Origin: an uncultured Phycisphaerales bacterium | GTDB lineage: Bacteria > Planctomycetota > Phycisphaerae > Sedimentisphaerales > Anaerobacaceae | Reading direction: 5' to 3' | DNA: 64,000 bases | Assembly: GCA_963772725.1 (NCBI GenBank) | Contig: CAVYYI010000001.1 | Span: 416,001-480,000, forward strand | In this document: positions 45,148 through 55,902 of the stretch, piece after piece | How the letters are laid out: each line of letters begins with the position of its first letter | Position numbering within the stretch: position 1 is the stretch's first letter | Program-made: the position numbers and the translations under genes | Notes under the pieces: generated by a model | What the model saw: the letters and a program-made list of their open reading frames with translations, nothing else | Databases searched by the model: none | Told to the model about the DNA's origin: nothing

Positions 45148-45913
45148 TATGGATTTTACATCTAAAATTGAAACACAGGGGCTGAATTTATATTACGGTG
45201 AGTTTCTTGCCCTTCAGGATGTGAGTATAAAAATACCGGAGCGCAACGTTACGGCTATCATTGGCCCTTCCGGATGCGGCAAATCCACGCTCCTGCGTTG
45301 CTTCAACAGGATGAACGACCTTGTTGAAAAAATAAGAATCGAGGGCAAAATAATCCTCGAAGGCAAAAATATTCTCGAACCCGGTACCGATTTAATCTTC
45401 CTGCGAAGAAAAGTTGGAATGGTTTTTCAGCGGCCCAATGTTTTTGACCTTTCGATATATGAAAACCTCAGGTTCGGCTTGCGAATCCACAGAATGCTTA
45501 ATAAAAAATCCGAGATTATGGCGGCCATTCAAAGCGGCCTTGAGCAGGTCGGACTTTGGTGTGAGCTTAAAGACAAACTCAGAAAAAATGCCCGCACGCT
45601 TACCCTCGAGCAGCAGCAGCGGCTCTGTATCGCAAGGGTCCTGATTCTCAAACCCGACTTAATCCTGCTCGATGAGCCGTGTTCCGCTCTCGACCCGATT
45701 TCTACTTTCAAAATAGAAGAATTGCTGCGTGTTCTCAAGCAGGAATACGCGATGGTAATAGTAACCCATAATATGCAGCAGGCCGCCCGTGTATCCGATT
45801 ACACAGGCTTTCTTTATCTTGGCAGACTTATTGAATTTGGAGATACAAACCAGATTTTTACTAATCCCAGGGAAAAACTTACCGAAAATTATATCAGCGG
45901 CAATTTCGGTTAA
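45140..45913 (+). CDS. pstB: PstB-like ATPase with degenerate signature motif
   Basis: [45 protein letters not shown]. Confidence 0.9.
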   Translation: MDNMDFTSKIETQGLNLYYGEFLALQDVSIKIPERNVTAIIGPSGCGKSTLLRCFNRMNDLVEKIRIEGKIILEGKNILEPGTDLIFLRRKVGMVFQRPNVFDLSIYENLRFGLRIHRMLNKKSEIMAAIQSGLEQVGLWCELKDKLRKNARTLTLEQQQRLCIARVLILKPDLILLDEPCSALDPISTFKIEELLRVLKQEYAMVIVTHNMQQAARVSDYTGFLYLGRLIEFGDTNQIFTNPREKLTENYISGNFG

Positions 45914-45929
45914 TTAACGGAGAAAAATT

Positions 45930-46595
45930 ATGGTAAGAAGAAATTTCAGCGAATACATTAAAGAACTTGAAAAAGACGTAACCAGGATGAGCGAAATGGT
46001 TATATCTGCCGTAAATCGCTCCATTGCGGCTCTTAAGGCCCGTGATATCAATTCCGCCAACAGGATTATCGCAGAGGATGAATTGATAAACAAAATGAGG
46101 TGGGAAACTGAGGAAAAGTGCATTCAGCTTATTGCGCTTCAGCAGCCTGTCGCCAGCGACCTGCGGGAGATTGTTGCTGTTATGAACATCATCACAGACC
46201 TTGAGCGTATGGGCGATTATGCCGAAGGGATTGCCAAGATTGTTGTTATGCTCGGTGATGAGCCGCCCGTCAAACCGCTGGTTGATATTCCGGTAATGGC
46301 TGAAAAAGCCGCCGATATGATTAAAAGGAGTATCGATGCTTTTGTACGCCGCGACGCCGAGACTGCCAAAGCCATCTGCAGGGAAGACGACCAGGTCGAT
46401 GAGGTTTACGAGCGTGTTTACAGTAACCTAATTAATATAATGGTTAAAGACCCCACCCTGATTATGAAAGCGACCCGCCTTATCTGGGCCAGCCACAACG
46501 TAGAGCGTATCGCGGACCGAGTAACGAATATCTGCGAACGTACCGTTTTTCTCGTTACCGGCAAAATGCAGAAAGTTGACGTCTCACGTTATTAA
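45930..46595 (+). CDS. phoU: Second PhoU
   Basis: QQPVASDLR, DLERMGD, ERIADRVTNICE. Confidence 0.95.
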   Translation: MVRRNFSEYIKELEKDVTRMSEMVISAVNRSIAALKARDINSANRIIAEDELINKMRWETEEKCIQLIALQQPVASDLREIVAVMNIITDLERMGDYAEGIAKIVVMLGDEPPVKPLVDIPVMAEKAADMIKRSIDAFVRRDAETAKAICREDDQVDEVYERVYSNLINIMVKDPTLIMKATRLIWASHNVERIADRVTNICERTVFLVTGKMQKVDVSRY

Positions 46596-46620
46596 TTCTT
46601 TAGAAAGGGGAATGCTGTGG

Positions 46621-47502
46621 TTATTCGCTTTTGATATGTGGAATCATAGCGTTACCTAAAAAAGACCATACCATTTCAGCCATAAGTTTGTGGCCTTTCT
46701 CAGTTAGATGGGCAAGGTCGGCAGTTGCGCCATCAGTGGATAGAACATTGACGAAAAAACGCTTTGGTATTAAAGTAACATTGAATTGTTTTGCCAGCCT
46801 TCTTTGTATTCTTCCATATTCAATGTCCCATGGGAAAAGCGGCAATTCCATCATAATAATTGTATTTTGCTGATTACTTATCTTTTCAAGAATCAGTCTT
46901 AAATTATGTTCGAATTGACAAGATGGTGTTGGTTCAAAAAGGTCATTGCCGCCGATTTCTATAAATATAAGGGCATTATTTTTGTCAACTTTCATCGCTT
47001 GGCTTATTGCTGTGCCGGCAGTTGCACCAGCCGCGGAAAGGTCAATCAGATTGATTCCATATTTCTTGCGAATAATTTTTGGCCAGGTCTGCTCGTCCTT
47101 GCCAGCAATCCCGGCACTTACCGAATCACCGATGACATACAAAATCTCAAAATGTTTTCCCGGTAAAAGCGGCCTTTTCAAAAACGGCACTTCCATAATA
47201 ATTGCGGTAATACACAATAAAATGACTGACAATTTAAGCACAGTATTTATCCGTCTTGTTTTGGAAAAATGCGAGCCCAAAATACAGCTTAGCAGCATAA
47301 TAATCCACACAATGTAGAACCATAGCGGAAGGGGTGTTGCGGAAAGAAATATCAAAAATACGCCTGTAATTCCTGTAAAATATCTGATTATGCGACTGAC
47401 TATTTTTATGTGTAATTCCGGTAATATGAAAGCAGCGATAAGCAGACCTGCACCTATAAAAAAAGAATAACCTGCGGCACAAAAAAATACGATCTTCATA
47501 AT
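46621..47502 (-). CDS. Membrane-anchored SGNH/GDSL hydrolase
   Basis: N-terminal TMs; GDSVS, AGAT, GGND, DLAH. Confidence 0.85.
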   Translation of the reverse strand: MMKIVFFCAAGYSFFIGAGLLIAAFILPELHIKIVSRIIRYFTGITGVFLIFLSATPLPLWFYIVWIIMLLSCILGSHFSKTRRINTVLKLSVILLCITAIIMEVPFLKRPLLPGKHFEILYVIGDSVSAGIAGKDEQTWPKIIRKKYGINLIDLSAAGATAGTAISQAMKVDKNNALIFIEIGGNDLFEPTPSCQFEHNLRLILEKISNQQNTIIMMELPLFPWDIEYGRIQRRLAKQFNVTLIPKRFFVNVLSTDGATADLAHLTEKGHKLMAEMVWSFLGNAMIPHIKSE

Positions 47503-48143
47503 CATTTCTTTTGAAATATTTTGCTCTCGGTTCCAGCGGCGATTCTTTTAATGTTTTCCCGATGACGCATAACAACCATCAGCGGTATCGCCGCCGCCAC
47601 GATAAACAGAGGCCACAAATTGCCGAAATACCAATCGGACTTTATCGCTATCGCTGCGATTAAAACAATCGGAAATGAAACCGCTGCGATAATCGAAGCG
47701 AGCGACACATATCGCCATATAAGAACAGTTGCCAGCCATATAGCAAGAGCTCCAGCCGCGCAAACCGTATAATATGGCCACAATCCCAGCGCAACTCCAA
47801 AACTTGTCGCGACGCCTTTACCCCCTTTGAATCCCAGATATACCGGAAATATATGACCGACTATCGCTGCGCAGCCAACGCCAATCCATCCGAATAATTC
47901 CCCGACATTCGGCGACGGCGGAACATATCTCATTGCCGCCAGCGTAGGAGCTAATCCTTTTAGTACGTCCAGACCAAAACAGAAATATCCCCATTTTTTC
48001 CCAAGCGCCCTCGAAAGATTCGTCGCACCGATATTGCCGGAGCCGATATTTCGCAAATCAATCCCATAGGCCTTTGCGATAATCTGCCCGAACGGAATCG
48101 AACCAAGCAGATATGCCGCAACAATTAAAATCCCGAAAGTCAT
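47502..48143 (-). CDS. plsY: Glycerol-3-phosphate acyltransferase
   Basis: YLLGSIPFG, GSGNIGATN, FKGGKGVAT, RHRENIKR. Confidence 0.96.
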   Translation of the reverse strand: MTFGILIVAAYLLGSIPFGQIIAKAYGIDLRNIGSGNIGATNLSRALGKKWGYFCFGLDVLKGLAPTLAAMRYVPPSPNVGELFGWIGVGCAAIVGHIFPVYLGFKGGKGVATSFGVALGLWPYYTVCAAGALAIWLATVLIWRYVSLASIIAAVSFPIVLIAAIAIKSDWYFGNLWPLFIVAAAIPLMVVMRHRENIKRIAAGTESKIFQKK

Positions 48144-49345
48144 TTTCGCCTCCGATATTCCTGTATCGACTCATATAACGATATTAACTGTTTAGTCACC
48201 CTGTCGATGGAAATTTTGTCTTTAAGATTATCCGTGATAATCGCATCTGACGCTCTCCTGATGTTATCTGCGTTTGTAAAATATGAAATCGCGTCAGTCA
48301 GACTTGCGATATTTTCCGGCCTGTCGATTACCTTGCCGTGCCTGCCGTCTGTGAATAAATCCGAAGCGCCGTTAAATCTTGTCGTTATCACCGGCTTACC
48401 TGCCGCCAGGGCTTCGAGAATAAATCTGCTCGACGGGTCATAAAAAGTAGGAAGAACCGCGACATCGTTTATCCCCAAGGCTTCTCCAATGTTGGGTAGA
48501 TTACCCAAAAACGCGATTCTTTTTTCGATATTTAATTTGTCCGCGATTCTGCGATACTTTGACGCCGCTCCATTACCGACAATAATTAAACAAATCTGTT
48601 TTTCAGAATTACGTTTTACAGCCTCTCCCATTGCCCTTATTAAACAACCTAAGCCTTTTAGCCTGAAATTATTTGCTGCAAAAAGAAACAGAACCGCTTT
48701 GCTCCTGTCCCTGATTTCCAGTTGACCGAATATTTGTTCCCGCAACTTTTTAACCGCCGCCTCATCTACCGGACGATTTATTTTTACCCCGTTCGGTATG
48801 ATGACTATCCGCTTTTCACCAAGCCCGTAATGACGCTTGAATTGCTCCGCTACATACTTCGATAATGCCGCCACAATCGGCCCATCGGGCTTTTGGCATA
48901 AATTCTTTTCAGTGCGAAGAAGCATACCTCTACGTATATTGGCAAATGCGGTCACTTTTTTATAACATTCGATAAACCTGTTTTGATAACTTGCCGCATT
49001 CCGCAAAATTGTTTCAGTGTAACTTCCACCTCGAGGCTGATAAATATCCGCAAACTCAAAAGGTAAAAAACTGTGAACCACATCATACCGTTCTTTTGTT
49101 AGATGCTGTTTTAACGCATCCCTGAAAATACGCCGGGGGACTCGCCTGCCTCGAAAATCTCCACACAAAATATGGACTTTGCCCGCATCGTCTTTGCCCT
49201 TTGCAGCCAGGATTTCCGCGTCAAAATCAGATGAAGACAGCTGCCCCGCCAGTTCAAACGCCGACCGCTCCGCTCCACCCAGGGCGGTATCAGCTCGCTC
49301 TATTATTATCGCAACCCTTTTTCCCATTGCTAAATTATCGCTCAA
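48140..49345 (-). CDS. GT4 glycosyltransferase (WaaG-like)
   Basis: GGAERS, IPNGV, NFRLKGL, LPTFYDP...LEALAAGKPVIT. Confidence 0.88.
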   Translation of the reverse strand: MSDNLAMGKRVAIIIERADTALGGAERSAFELAGQLSSSDFDAEILAAKGKDDAGKVHILCGDFRGRRVPRRIFRDALKQHLTKERYDVVHSFLPFEFADIYQPRGGSYTETILRNAASYQNRFIECYKKVTAFANIRRGMLLRTEKNLCQKPDGPIVAALSKYVAEQFKRHYGLGEKRIVIIPNGVKINRPVDEAAVKKLREQIFGQLEIRDRSKAVLFLFAANNFRLKGLGCLIRAMGEAVKRNSEKQICLIIVGNGAASKYRRIADKLNIEKRIAFLGNLPNIGEALGINDVAVLPTFYDPSSRFILEALAAGKPVITTRFNGASDLFTDGRHGKVIDRPENIASLTDAISYFTNADNIRRASDAIITDNLKDKISIDRVTKQLISLYESIQEYRRRK

Positions 49346-50205
49346 ACTTCCTGGCCTGTAAATGGAATAGCTTTGTTGTGTTTTATATTATGCCGTGCCA
49401 TTTTCATGGCCTTATTTTTTATTTTTTTAATTATGACCTTATCTTTTCCAGATAGCTTTTTCACACCTGCGTAACTGCGGTAGAATCGCAGACCTGTCAC
49501 ACATTGTGAAATAACGCTTTGGCGCCGAATAATAAAGCTGTGCCAAATCCTTTACACGATACCGCTCCTCGAACAGCCTCGGCTTAAACGCTCGCGCGAG
49601 GTCTATCAGATAAAATTCGCCGCTATCACCATAAAATATATGTGCTAAATATAAATCGCGATGACGATATCCTGTCTCATGGAACTTTTTAATAAATGCC
49701 GCCAATCGTTCTAAAAAATTTCTTTTAAGTTTCACATTTTCAATTGTTGCTGGTGCGTCAAAAAACGCCGGCAGCTTTTTTCCAGCGACGCAGCGTTAGG
49801 TATCTTCTCGCTGATTACAAAACTCCTTTTCTCGAACAGTATGCCCCATTCCTGACCGCAAGCGATAATCTTAGGCACATTGATATTTGCAGCGGACAGC
49901 ATCTTTGCCGGTTCATAATCGCAGGAAGCCATACTGACTCTGTCGCCGTAACATAACCAATTTTTTAGCTGAGCAGATATCGGCGGTTTATTGTATCTTT
50001 TCAGAAATATAACAGTTTCAGGTGAATTCAGCTTAACCTGAATCCGCTGCCTATGTTTTGCAAGCTCTGTTTTTGTCAGCATTACGCCGCCAGAAAACGA
50101 AAACACCGCATCTATCGAGGTCAATCCCCGTTCTTTAAAAGCGTTTATATAATCGGCATCGCACAAAAAGGATTCCGATATTTTTACAAATTTCTGTTCA
50201 TTCAT
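49342..50205 (-). CDS. LPS kinase (WaaP/Kdo family), frameshifted
   Basis: FLKRY, HRDLYLAHIF, LIDL, KDLAQL across frames; lies in the heptose operon. Confidence 0.8.
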
Positions 50206-50207
50206 CT

Positions 50208-50303
50208 TTAGCCACAGAGGACACAGAGGTCGCAGAGATAAAAGTAATTATCAATCATCAATAATCAATTCAAAAGTGTTAATTCGTGTTCATTCGTGGT
50301 TAA
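50208..50303 (-). repeat. 'Empty' inverted-arm element related to the gatA-gatB cassette ends
   Basis: Exact TTAACCACGAATGAACAC on the minus strand (50286-50303), opposing arm ttagccacagaggacacagaggtcgcagaga (50208-50238), 7-nt repeats between. Confidence 0.75.
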
Positions 50304-50306
50304 TTA

Positions 50307-51254
50307 TTACTTTCGTTCCTGCATCATATAAAAAGTAAGCGACATCAGTTGAAAAATTATGCTGAAACTCAGCCAAATCATAACTGAATTATCCTGCCTC
50401 TCCGGGCTCATCAGGAACCAGACGCTTACCAGCAGGCAGAACAAAACTACGATTTGCATAATCCCCGCCAGCAGCCTCGTTACAGAAAACTCGCTGAACA
50501 TGTTTGTGCGATGTGATTTTCTTAATTGCTCGAGGATATTGCCAAGAAGCTCTTCAACTCTATTGCTGCCAAACTCTTCTTTTTTCGCTTCAGGCTTCTC
50601 AGCTATCCTTGTTTCCTGCTGAACTTTCGGCGGTTCTCCGGTAATTGCAGGCGTTATACTTTGCGATATTACCGCAGGTTCACTTACCGAAGGACGGCTG
50701 TATTTTTTTATGATGTTCACTGCCTCTTTTATATTTACAGCTCGAAAATCCGGCCTTGCATCTGCGCCCTCAAAAAGTTTTGTATGAGTAGGATTATCTA
50801 TAAGTATAGTCCTGCAGCCTGCCGCCGCTCCAGCCTTAATGTCACGCCCGCTGTTGCCAACTATCCACGACTGCTCGAGTTCTATATCCATATCTTTCGC
50901 TGCCGCCAGCAGCATTCCAGGTTTTGGCTTTCGCCAGTCGTCGTCCTTGCGATATTTTGCTATCACACCGTCCGGATGGTTCGGACAATAATAAATTCCG
51001 TCTAAGTACGCTCCTTTTTCAGCGAGCAGGTTCCTGAGCCGCACGTGAATATCTCCTAAAACCGCTTCGCTGACAATCCCGCGAGCTACTCCCGACTGGT
51101 TGGAAACCACCACAAGTTTGTAACCCATATTGTGAAGCTCATTCAGTGCCGCCGACACACCTTCCAGCAGTTTTACCTGCTCTGGGTCATTGATATACCC
51201 TGTGTCCTCAATCAGTGTATCATCACGGTCTAAAAATATCGCCTTATTCGCCAT
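50307..51254 (-). CDS. gmhB: Heptose-1,7-bisphosphate phosphatase with a C-terminal two-TM extension
   Basis: FLDRDDT, SNQSG, YYCPNHP, RKPKPGM. Confidence 0.88.
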   Translation of the reverse strand: MANKAIFLDRDDTLIEDTGYINDPEQVKLLEGVSAALNELHNMGYKLVVVSNQSGVARGIVSEAVLGDIHVRLRNLLAEKGAYLDGIYYCPNHPDGVIAKYRKDDDWRKPKPGMLLAAAKDMDIELEQSWIVGNSGRDIKAGAAAGCRTILIDNPTHTKLFEGADARPDFRAVNIKEAVNIIKKYSRPSVSEPAVISQSITPAITGEPPKVQQETRIAEKPEAKKEEFGSNRVEELLGNILEQLRKSHRTNMFSEFSVTRLLAGIMQIVVLFCLLVSVWFLMSPERQDNSVMIWLSFSIIFQLMSLTFYMMQERK

Positions 51255-51256
51255 AT

Positions 51257-51841
51257 TTATTCCTGCGTAAAACTCTGCTCCACAATGTCGCATATTATAT
51301 GATATGCGAGCTGATGCAACTCCTGGCTCCTTGCCGTCGATTCGTTACCAGCACAGAAACAAACGTCCGCCATCTGGCTAAGTTTGCTGTTGCGTATACC
51401 TGTAAACGCCAGAATCTTTGCTCCCTTTTCCTTCGCTGTTTTCACCGCCGCAATTACATTGGCCGAATTTCCGCTGGTCGAAATCGCCCACAGCACATCG
51501 CTCTTATTAACTAAAGCCTCAACCTGCCGAGAAAACACCTTTTCAAAACAGTAATCATTTCCGAGTGATGTTATTGCGGAAGTATCAGTCGTCAATGCCA
51601 CCGCAGGCAACGCCTTGCGTTCGCGTCTGAATCTGCCGACAAATTCTGCCGCGATATGCTGTGCGTCTGCCGCCGAACCGCCATTCCCGCAGATATAAAG
51701 CCTGCCACCTCGGCGGATTGCTTTTATTATCATTTCCGACGCCGCATGGATTGCTGCGATTCCATTTATCTCCATATCGGCAATCATCTTCTTATGGACT
51801 TCTATCACGTCAGCAATCTGTTTTGTGAAATCTTTTTTCAT
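51257..51841 (-). CDS. gmhA: Phosphoheptose isomerase
   Basis: CGNGGSAADAQH, GNDY, ISTSGNS, QELH. Confidence 0.96.
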   Translation of the reverse strand: MKKDFTKQIADVIEVHKKMIADMEINGIAAIHAASEMIIKAIRRGGRLYICGNGGSAADAQHIAAEFVGRFRRERKALPAVALTTDTSAITSLGNDYCFEKVFSRQVEALVNKSDVLWAISTSGNSANVIAAVKTAKEKGAKILAFTGIRNSKLSQMADVCFCAGNESTARSQELHQLAYHIICDIVEQSFTQE

Positions 51842-53304
51842 CAGGATTTATTTTCCAAAGCTTTCATTTTATTAATCGTTGCCGTTGAGCTTTTGCCCTC
51901 AACCAGCGGGGCGAGAACAACTTTTCCGCCGTAAGCCTCCACAAATTCACGTCCCACCACGCCTTTTTCCGCCCAGTCCTGTCCCTTAACCAGAACGTCC
52001 GGCTTTATTTTTTTAATCAGGTTAAGAGGTGTTGACTCATCGAAAATAGTTATATAATCGACTGTTTCCATTGCTCCCAAAACTGCCGCTCTGTCATTCT
52101 GATTATTTATAGGCCTGTCCGGCCCCTTAATCTTTTTTACGGAACTATCACTATTTAGACCCAAAACCACTACGTTGCCCTGCGATTTGCAGAACTTCAG
52201 AAACTCGATATGCCCCCTGTGCAGTACGTCGAAACATCCGTTGGTGAAAACTACCGTTTCCTTTTGACTCTTGCGACGTTCGATGTTTTCCAGCAGCGAT
52301 TTCTGCGAGAGCAGCTTTCCTCCTGTAACTTCATTTATAATCTCTTCGATAGTTACCGGCACTGCACCGAATTTTTCGACCTCAAGGCCGCCTGTTATAT
52401 TCGACAACCGTACCGCGGTTTTATAATCGCACCCACGCGATAGACTCACCGCTAACGTCGCCAAAACCATATCTCCTGCGCCCGTAACGTCGTAAACATT
52501 TCGAGGACGCGTCGGGATAATTTCGTCTATACCTTTTGTTTTCAGGTATGCGCCTTCTTTATCGAGCGTGATGACCGCCGCATCGAGTTTCAGCTTTTTA
52601 TAAAGCTGTTCCGCTGCTCTGGCGGCATCTTCTCTTGTTCTGACCTCAAATCCTGTTGCTGTACCGCTTTCCTTGCGGTTCGGCGTTATCAGTGTGGCAC
52701 CGGTATATTTTGAATAATCCGCCGAAAGGCACGGGTCAACGAGAACCTTTTTATTGGCCGACTTGGCCGTATCTATCATTTCCCTGCATACATAATCCGG
52801 CAGCAACCCCTTATTATAATCCTGGATGCAGACAATGTCCGCTTTTTTCAGATTTTCCTTATAGACTCTTAATATCTTTTTATACTGCTCATCTGTATAA
52901 GGCTCGGATAATTCCTCATCTACTCTCATCAATTGCTGCTTATGACGATGTTGTGCCAGCCCTATTAGTCTCTGCTTGGTAATGGTAGGGCGGTCTTTCA
53001 GCGTAAAAAGACACGTTGTATCCGCGCCGGCCTTACTAAGTATTTCGGTTACTTTTTTCCCGTTTGCGTCAGCCCCGGTATATCCGAGACACATCGGTAT
53101 CCCGCCAAGCCCGATTATATCCGCCGCCACCGACCCGGCGCCTCCGCATCTATAATTTGTTTCAGTAACTTTCAATACCGGAACCGGCGCCTCCGGACTT
53201 ATCCTCAGAGCATCGCCGTAAACATAAATATCCAGCATAAAGTCGCCAGCGACCAATACCCTCGGCGACCCCAGATTTGTCACTATTTTTAATAAGTCAT
53301 GCAT
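51841..53304 (-). CDS. hldE: Bifunctional heptose kinase/adenylyltransferase
   Basis: RISPEAPVP, DVTGAGD, FTNGCFDVLHRGH, GLNSD. Confidence 0.95.
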   Translation of the reverse strand: MHDLLKIVTNLGSPRVLVAGDFMLDIYVYGDALRISPEAPVPVLKVTETNYRCGGAGSVAADIIGLGGIPMCLGYTGADANGKKVTEILSKAGADTTCLFTLKDRPTITKQRLIGLAQHRHKQQLMRVDEELSEPYTDEQYKKILRVYKENLKKADIVCIQDYNKGLLPDYVCREMIDTAKSANKKVLVDPCLSADYSKYTGATLITPNRKESGTATGFEVRTREDAARAAEQLYKKLKLDAAVITLDKEGAYLKTKGIDEIIPTRPRNVYDVTGAGDMVLATLAVSLSRGCDYKTAVRLSNITGGLEVEKFGAVPVTIEEIINEVTGGKLLSQKSLLENIERRKSQKETVVFTNGCFDVLHRGHIEFLKFCKSQGNVVVLGLNSDSSVKKIKGPDRPINNQNDRAAVLGAMETVDYITIFDESTPLNLIKKIKPDVLVKGQDWAEKGVVGREFVEAYGGKVVLAPLVEGKSSTATINKMKALENKS

Positions 53305-53311
53305 TATCTTC

Positions 53312-54382
53312 TCACTTATCCGTAATTTTAACCTCCAGCGTACTTTCAATCAACTGTCTTATTTCATCTTCACCGCGGATAAATTTTAACTCCACCGCCA
53401 GATATGCGAACGTTATATCCTTTTCCGTGGGCAGCCGGTGCACCATTTTTGTCCAGTCCTTTTGTGTCGTCAGTATAATTTCAGCGTCATTATACCGGGC
53501 CTCTTCGTAAATGTCCCTTATGTCGTCCGAAGTATAGCGATAATGGTCATCATATACCTTTGTGCCGGCGATATTCAATTTCAGATTCGCCAGCGTTCCG
53601 AAGAAAGCCTCCGGGTTTCCTATCCCGCAAAACGCGAAAACGGTCTTTTTTCCCAGTTCCTCTATCCCGATTTCAACATCGTCGGCACCTCTTGCGCTTA
53701 TCGGCTCATGAGTTGTCCTTGCGATTATAATATTCGGATTGATTTCCAACAGTTTTATTTCGATTTCAGCCAGTTTACTTTCCTCTGCCAGAGTGCATCT
53801 TGTAATTATCGCTGCGCTGGCACGTTTCATGCCCGCCAAAGGTTCTCGCAGCAGCCCCGCCGGAAGCATTCTCCCGTATCCGAACGGCTCGGTACTGTCT
53901 ATTGTTACTATGTCTAAATCCCGTTTTAGCCGCCTGTGCTGAAATCCGTCATCCATTATCAAAACTTCCGCTCCGGCTTTCCTTATCGCTTCCTTTGCCC
54001 CAGCCAGTCTGTCAGCGTTAACTGCTACCGCCGTATCATGACAGCTCCTCGCCAGAACCGCTGGTTCGTCACAGGATTCATTTTTCTTTGTCTTATACCC
54101 GCGGGTAAGTATCGCGCAGCGAATATTTTTCTCTTTCAGGTATTTGCACAGCCAGATAACCAGCGGCGTTTTCCCAGTTCCCCCGACGGTTATATTCCCC
54201 ACGCTTATTACAACGGCCTGGACTCGATGGCTTTTGAGCAACCCCGTGGAGTATAAAAAATTACGAAATCGTATTATCCCGCTGTAAACTGCCGCTGGCC
54301 CTCTAAGCAGAAATCGCAATATCGCAAACCTGAACTTTCCGTTCGTCCCCGAAACCAGTCTGCGATAACTTTCCTGCTTCAA
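53312..54382 (-). CDS. lpxK: Tetraacyldisaccharide 4'-kinase
   Basis: GNITVGGTGKTP, TRGY, DDGFQH, PAGLLRE, TTQKD. Confidence 0.95.
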   Translation of the reverse strand: MKQESYRRLVSGTNGKFRFAILRFLLRGPAAVYSGIIRFRNFLYSTGLLKSHRVQAVVISVGNITVGGTGKTPLVIWLCKYLKEKNIRCAILTRGYKTKKNESCDEPAVLARSCHDTAVAVNADRLAGAKEAIRKAGAEVLIMDDGFQHRRLKRDLDIVTIDSTEPFGYGRMLPAGLLREPLAGMKRASAAIITRCTLAEESKLAEIEIKLLEINPNIIIARTTHEPISARGADDVEIGIEELGKKTVFAFCGIGNPEAFFGTLANLKLNIAGTKVYDDHYRYTSDDIRDIYEEARYNDAEIILTTQKDWTKMVHRLPTEKDITFAYLAVELKFIRGEDEIRQLIESTLEVKITDK

Positions 54383-54491
54383 CCTTATACCCTTAATTAA
54401 GTTCTCTTGCCATTTCTACATAACATCGGTTATATTTACCGAAAGGGTAGAAATTCGGAGCATAGCTAAAAATAATTTTGAATTTTAACTT

Positions 54492-55572
54492 TTAAACTTT
54501 AAGTTTTCTTATGATTGCGTCCGCCATCTGGCTTGTCCCTACGGCCGTCGGGTCATCTCTGTCAGGCTTCATATCATAAGTTACATATTTGCCTTCCGCA
54601 ATTACATCTGCCGTCGCTTTTTCAAGTCTGTCTGCTTCCGCTTCTTTGCCAAGATGCCGCAGCATCAGTACGCCGCTCAGAATCAATGCTGTCGGATTTA
54701 CCTTATTAAGCCCCTTGTATTTCGGTGCGCTGCCATGTGTCGCCTCGAACACCGCGCCCTTTGTCGCCGATATTTGCTCCAGGGGCGACACCAAGCCCGC
54801 CGACAAGCCCGGCACACAGGTCGCTGAGTATATCACCATACAGGTTCGGCAGAACAATCACGTCATAAAGTTCCGGTTTTTGCACTAATTGCATACACAT
54901 ATTATCTACAATCCTGTCCTCGAATTCAATTTCCGGATACTTCTTGGCGACCTCACGGCTCACCTCTAGCCAAAGCCCATCCGTGAATTTCATAATATTG
55001 GCCTTATGAACGCTCGTCACTTTTTTACGTCCCATTTTCTTTGCGTAATCAAACGCGAATCTGACTATCCGCTCCGTCGCCTTGACGGTTATCGGCTTTA
55101 TACTCACGCCGGCATCGCTGCCTATCTTCTTCTTGCTATGCTTGTTCAGCCAGTCTATCAGTTCCGCCGTCTCATCGCCGCCTTTTTGAAATTCTATCCC
55201 GGCATATAAATCTTCCGTGTTCTCACGGACAATCACAAGGTCGATATCCGAATACTTGCTCCGCACGCCTTTATAACTCTTGCACGGTCTTAGGCACGCA
55301 TATAAATCCAGTTCCTGCCGTAAGTAAACATTTATGCTTCGAAAGCCCGTTCCAACCGGCGTGGTTATCGGCGATTTCAACGCGATGCCGTTCTTTTTCA
55401 CCGAGTCTATCGTCGCCTGCGGCAGGGGCGTTCCAAGCCGTGCCATCACATCTACTCCCGCCTCCGCTATTTCCCAGTTTATCTTTACACCTGTCGCGTC
55501 AACGCACCGCCGCGCCGCCTGCGCCAGTTCAGGCCCAATCCCATCTCCTGTTATCAGCGTTACATCAATCAT
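54492..55572 (-). CDS. Isocitrate/isopropylmalate dehydrogenase family (NAD-IDH-like); frameshift near 54760
   Basis: [41 protein letters not shown] in the next frame. Confidence 0.9.
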
Positions 55573-55902
55573 CTTCTACTGCTCCTATGATAATAAAATA
55601 GCTTAGCCCCAGCACCTGTGGCTGGGGCCGAAAACTCTAAATCTATATCTTATTCCCTTTTCCACAATGTGTCAACGCTGCAAACAATTTACTATCACCT
55701 TATCACCTTTACTTAGCCTGCCGATTCATTCGGCAGGTTTTGCACGCCTTTGAATTTTAAAATAAACCCGTTGCGAATTGGACGTTCTGTTCTTTGTGTC
55801 TTCGAGTCTTTGTGGTGAAAATTTTTTACAAACTTTTTACTTGCCATTCCACCCCACAATTTCGATAATAATGTCAAACATATTCCTTTAAGGATAAACA
55901 AA

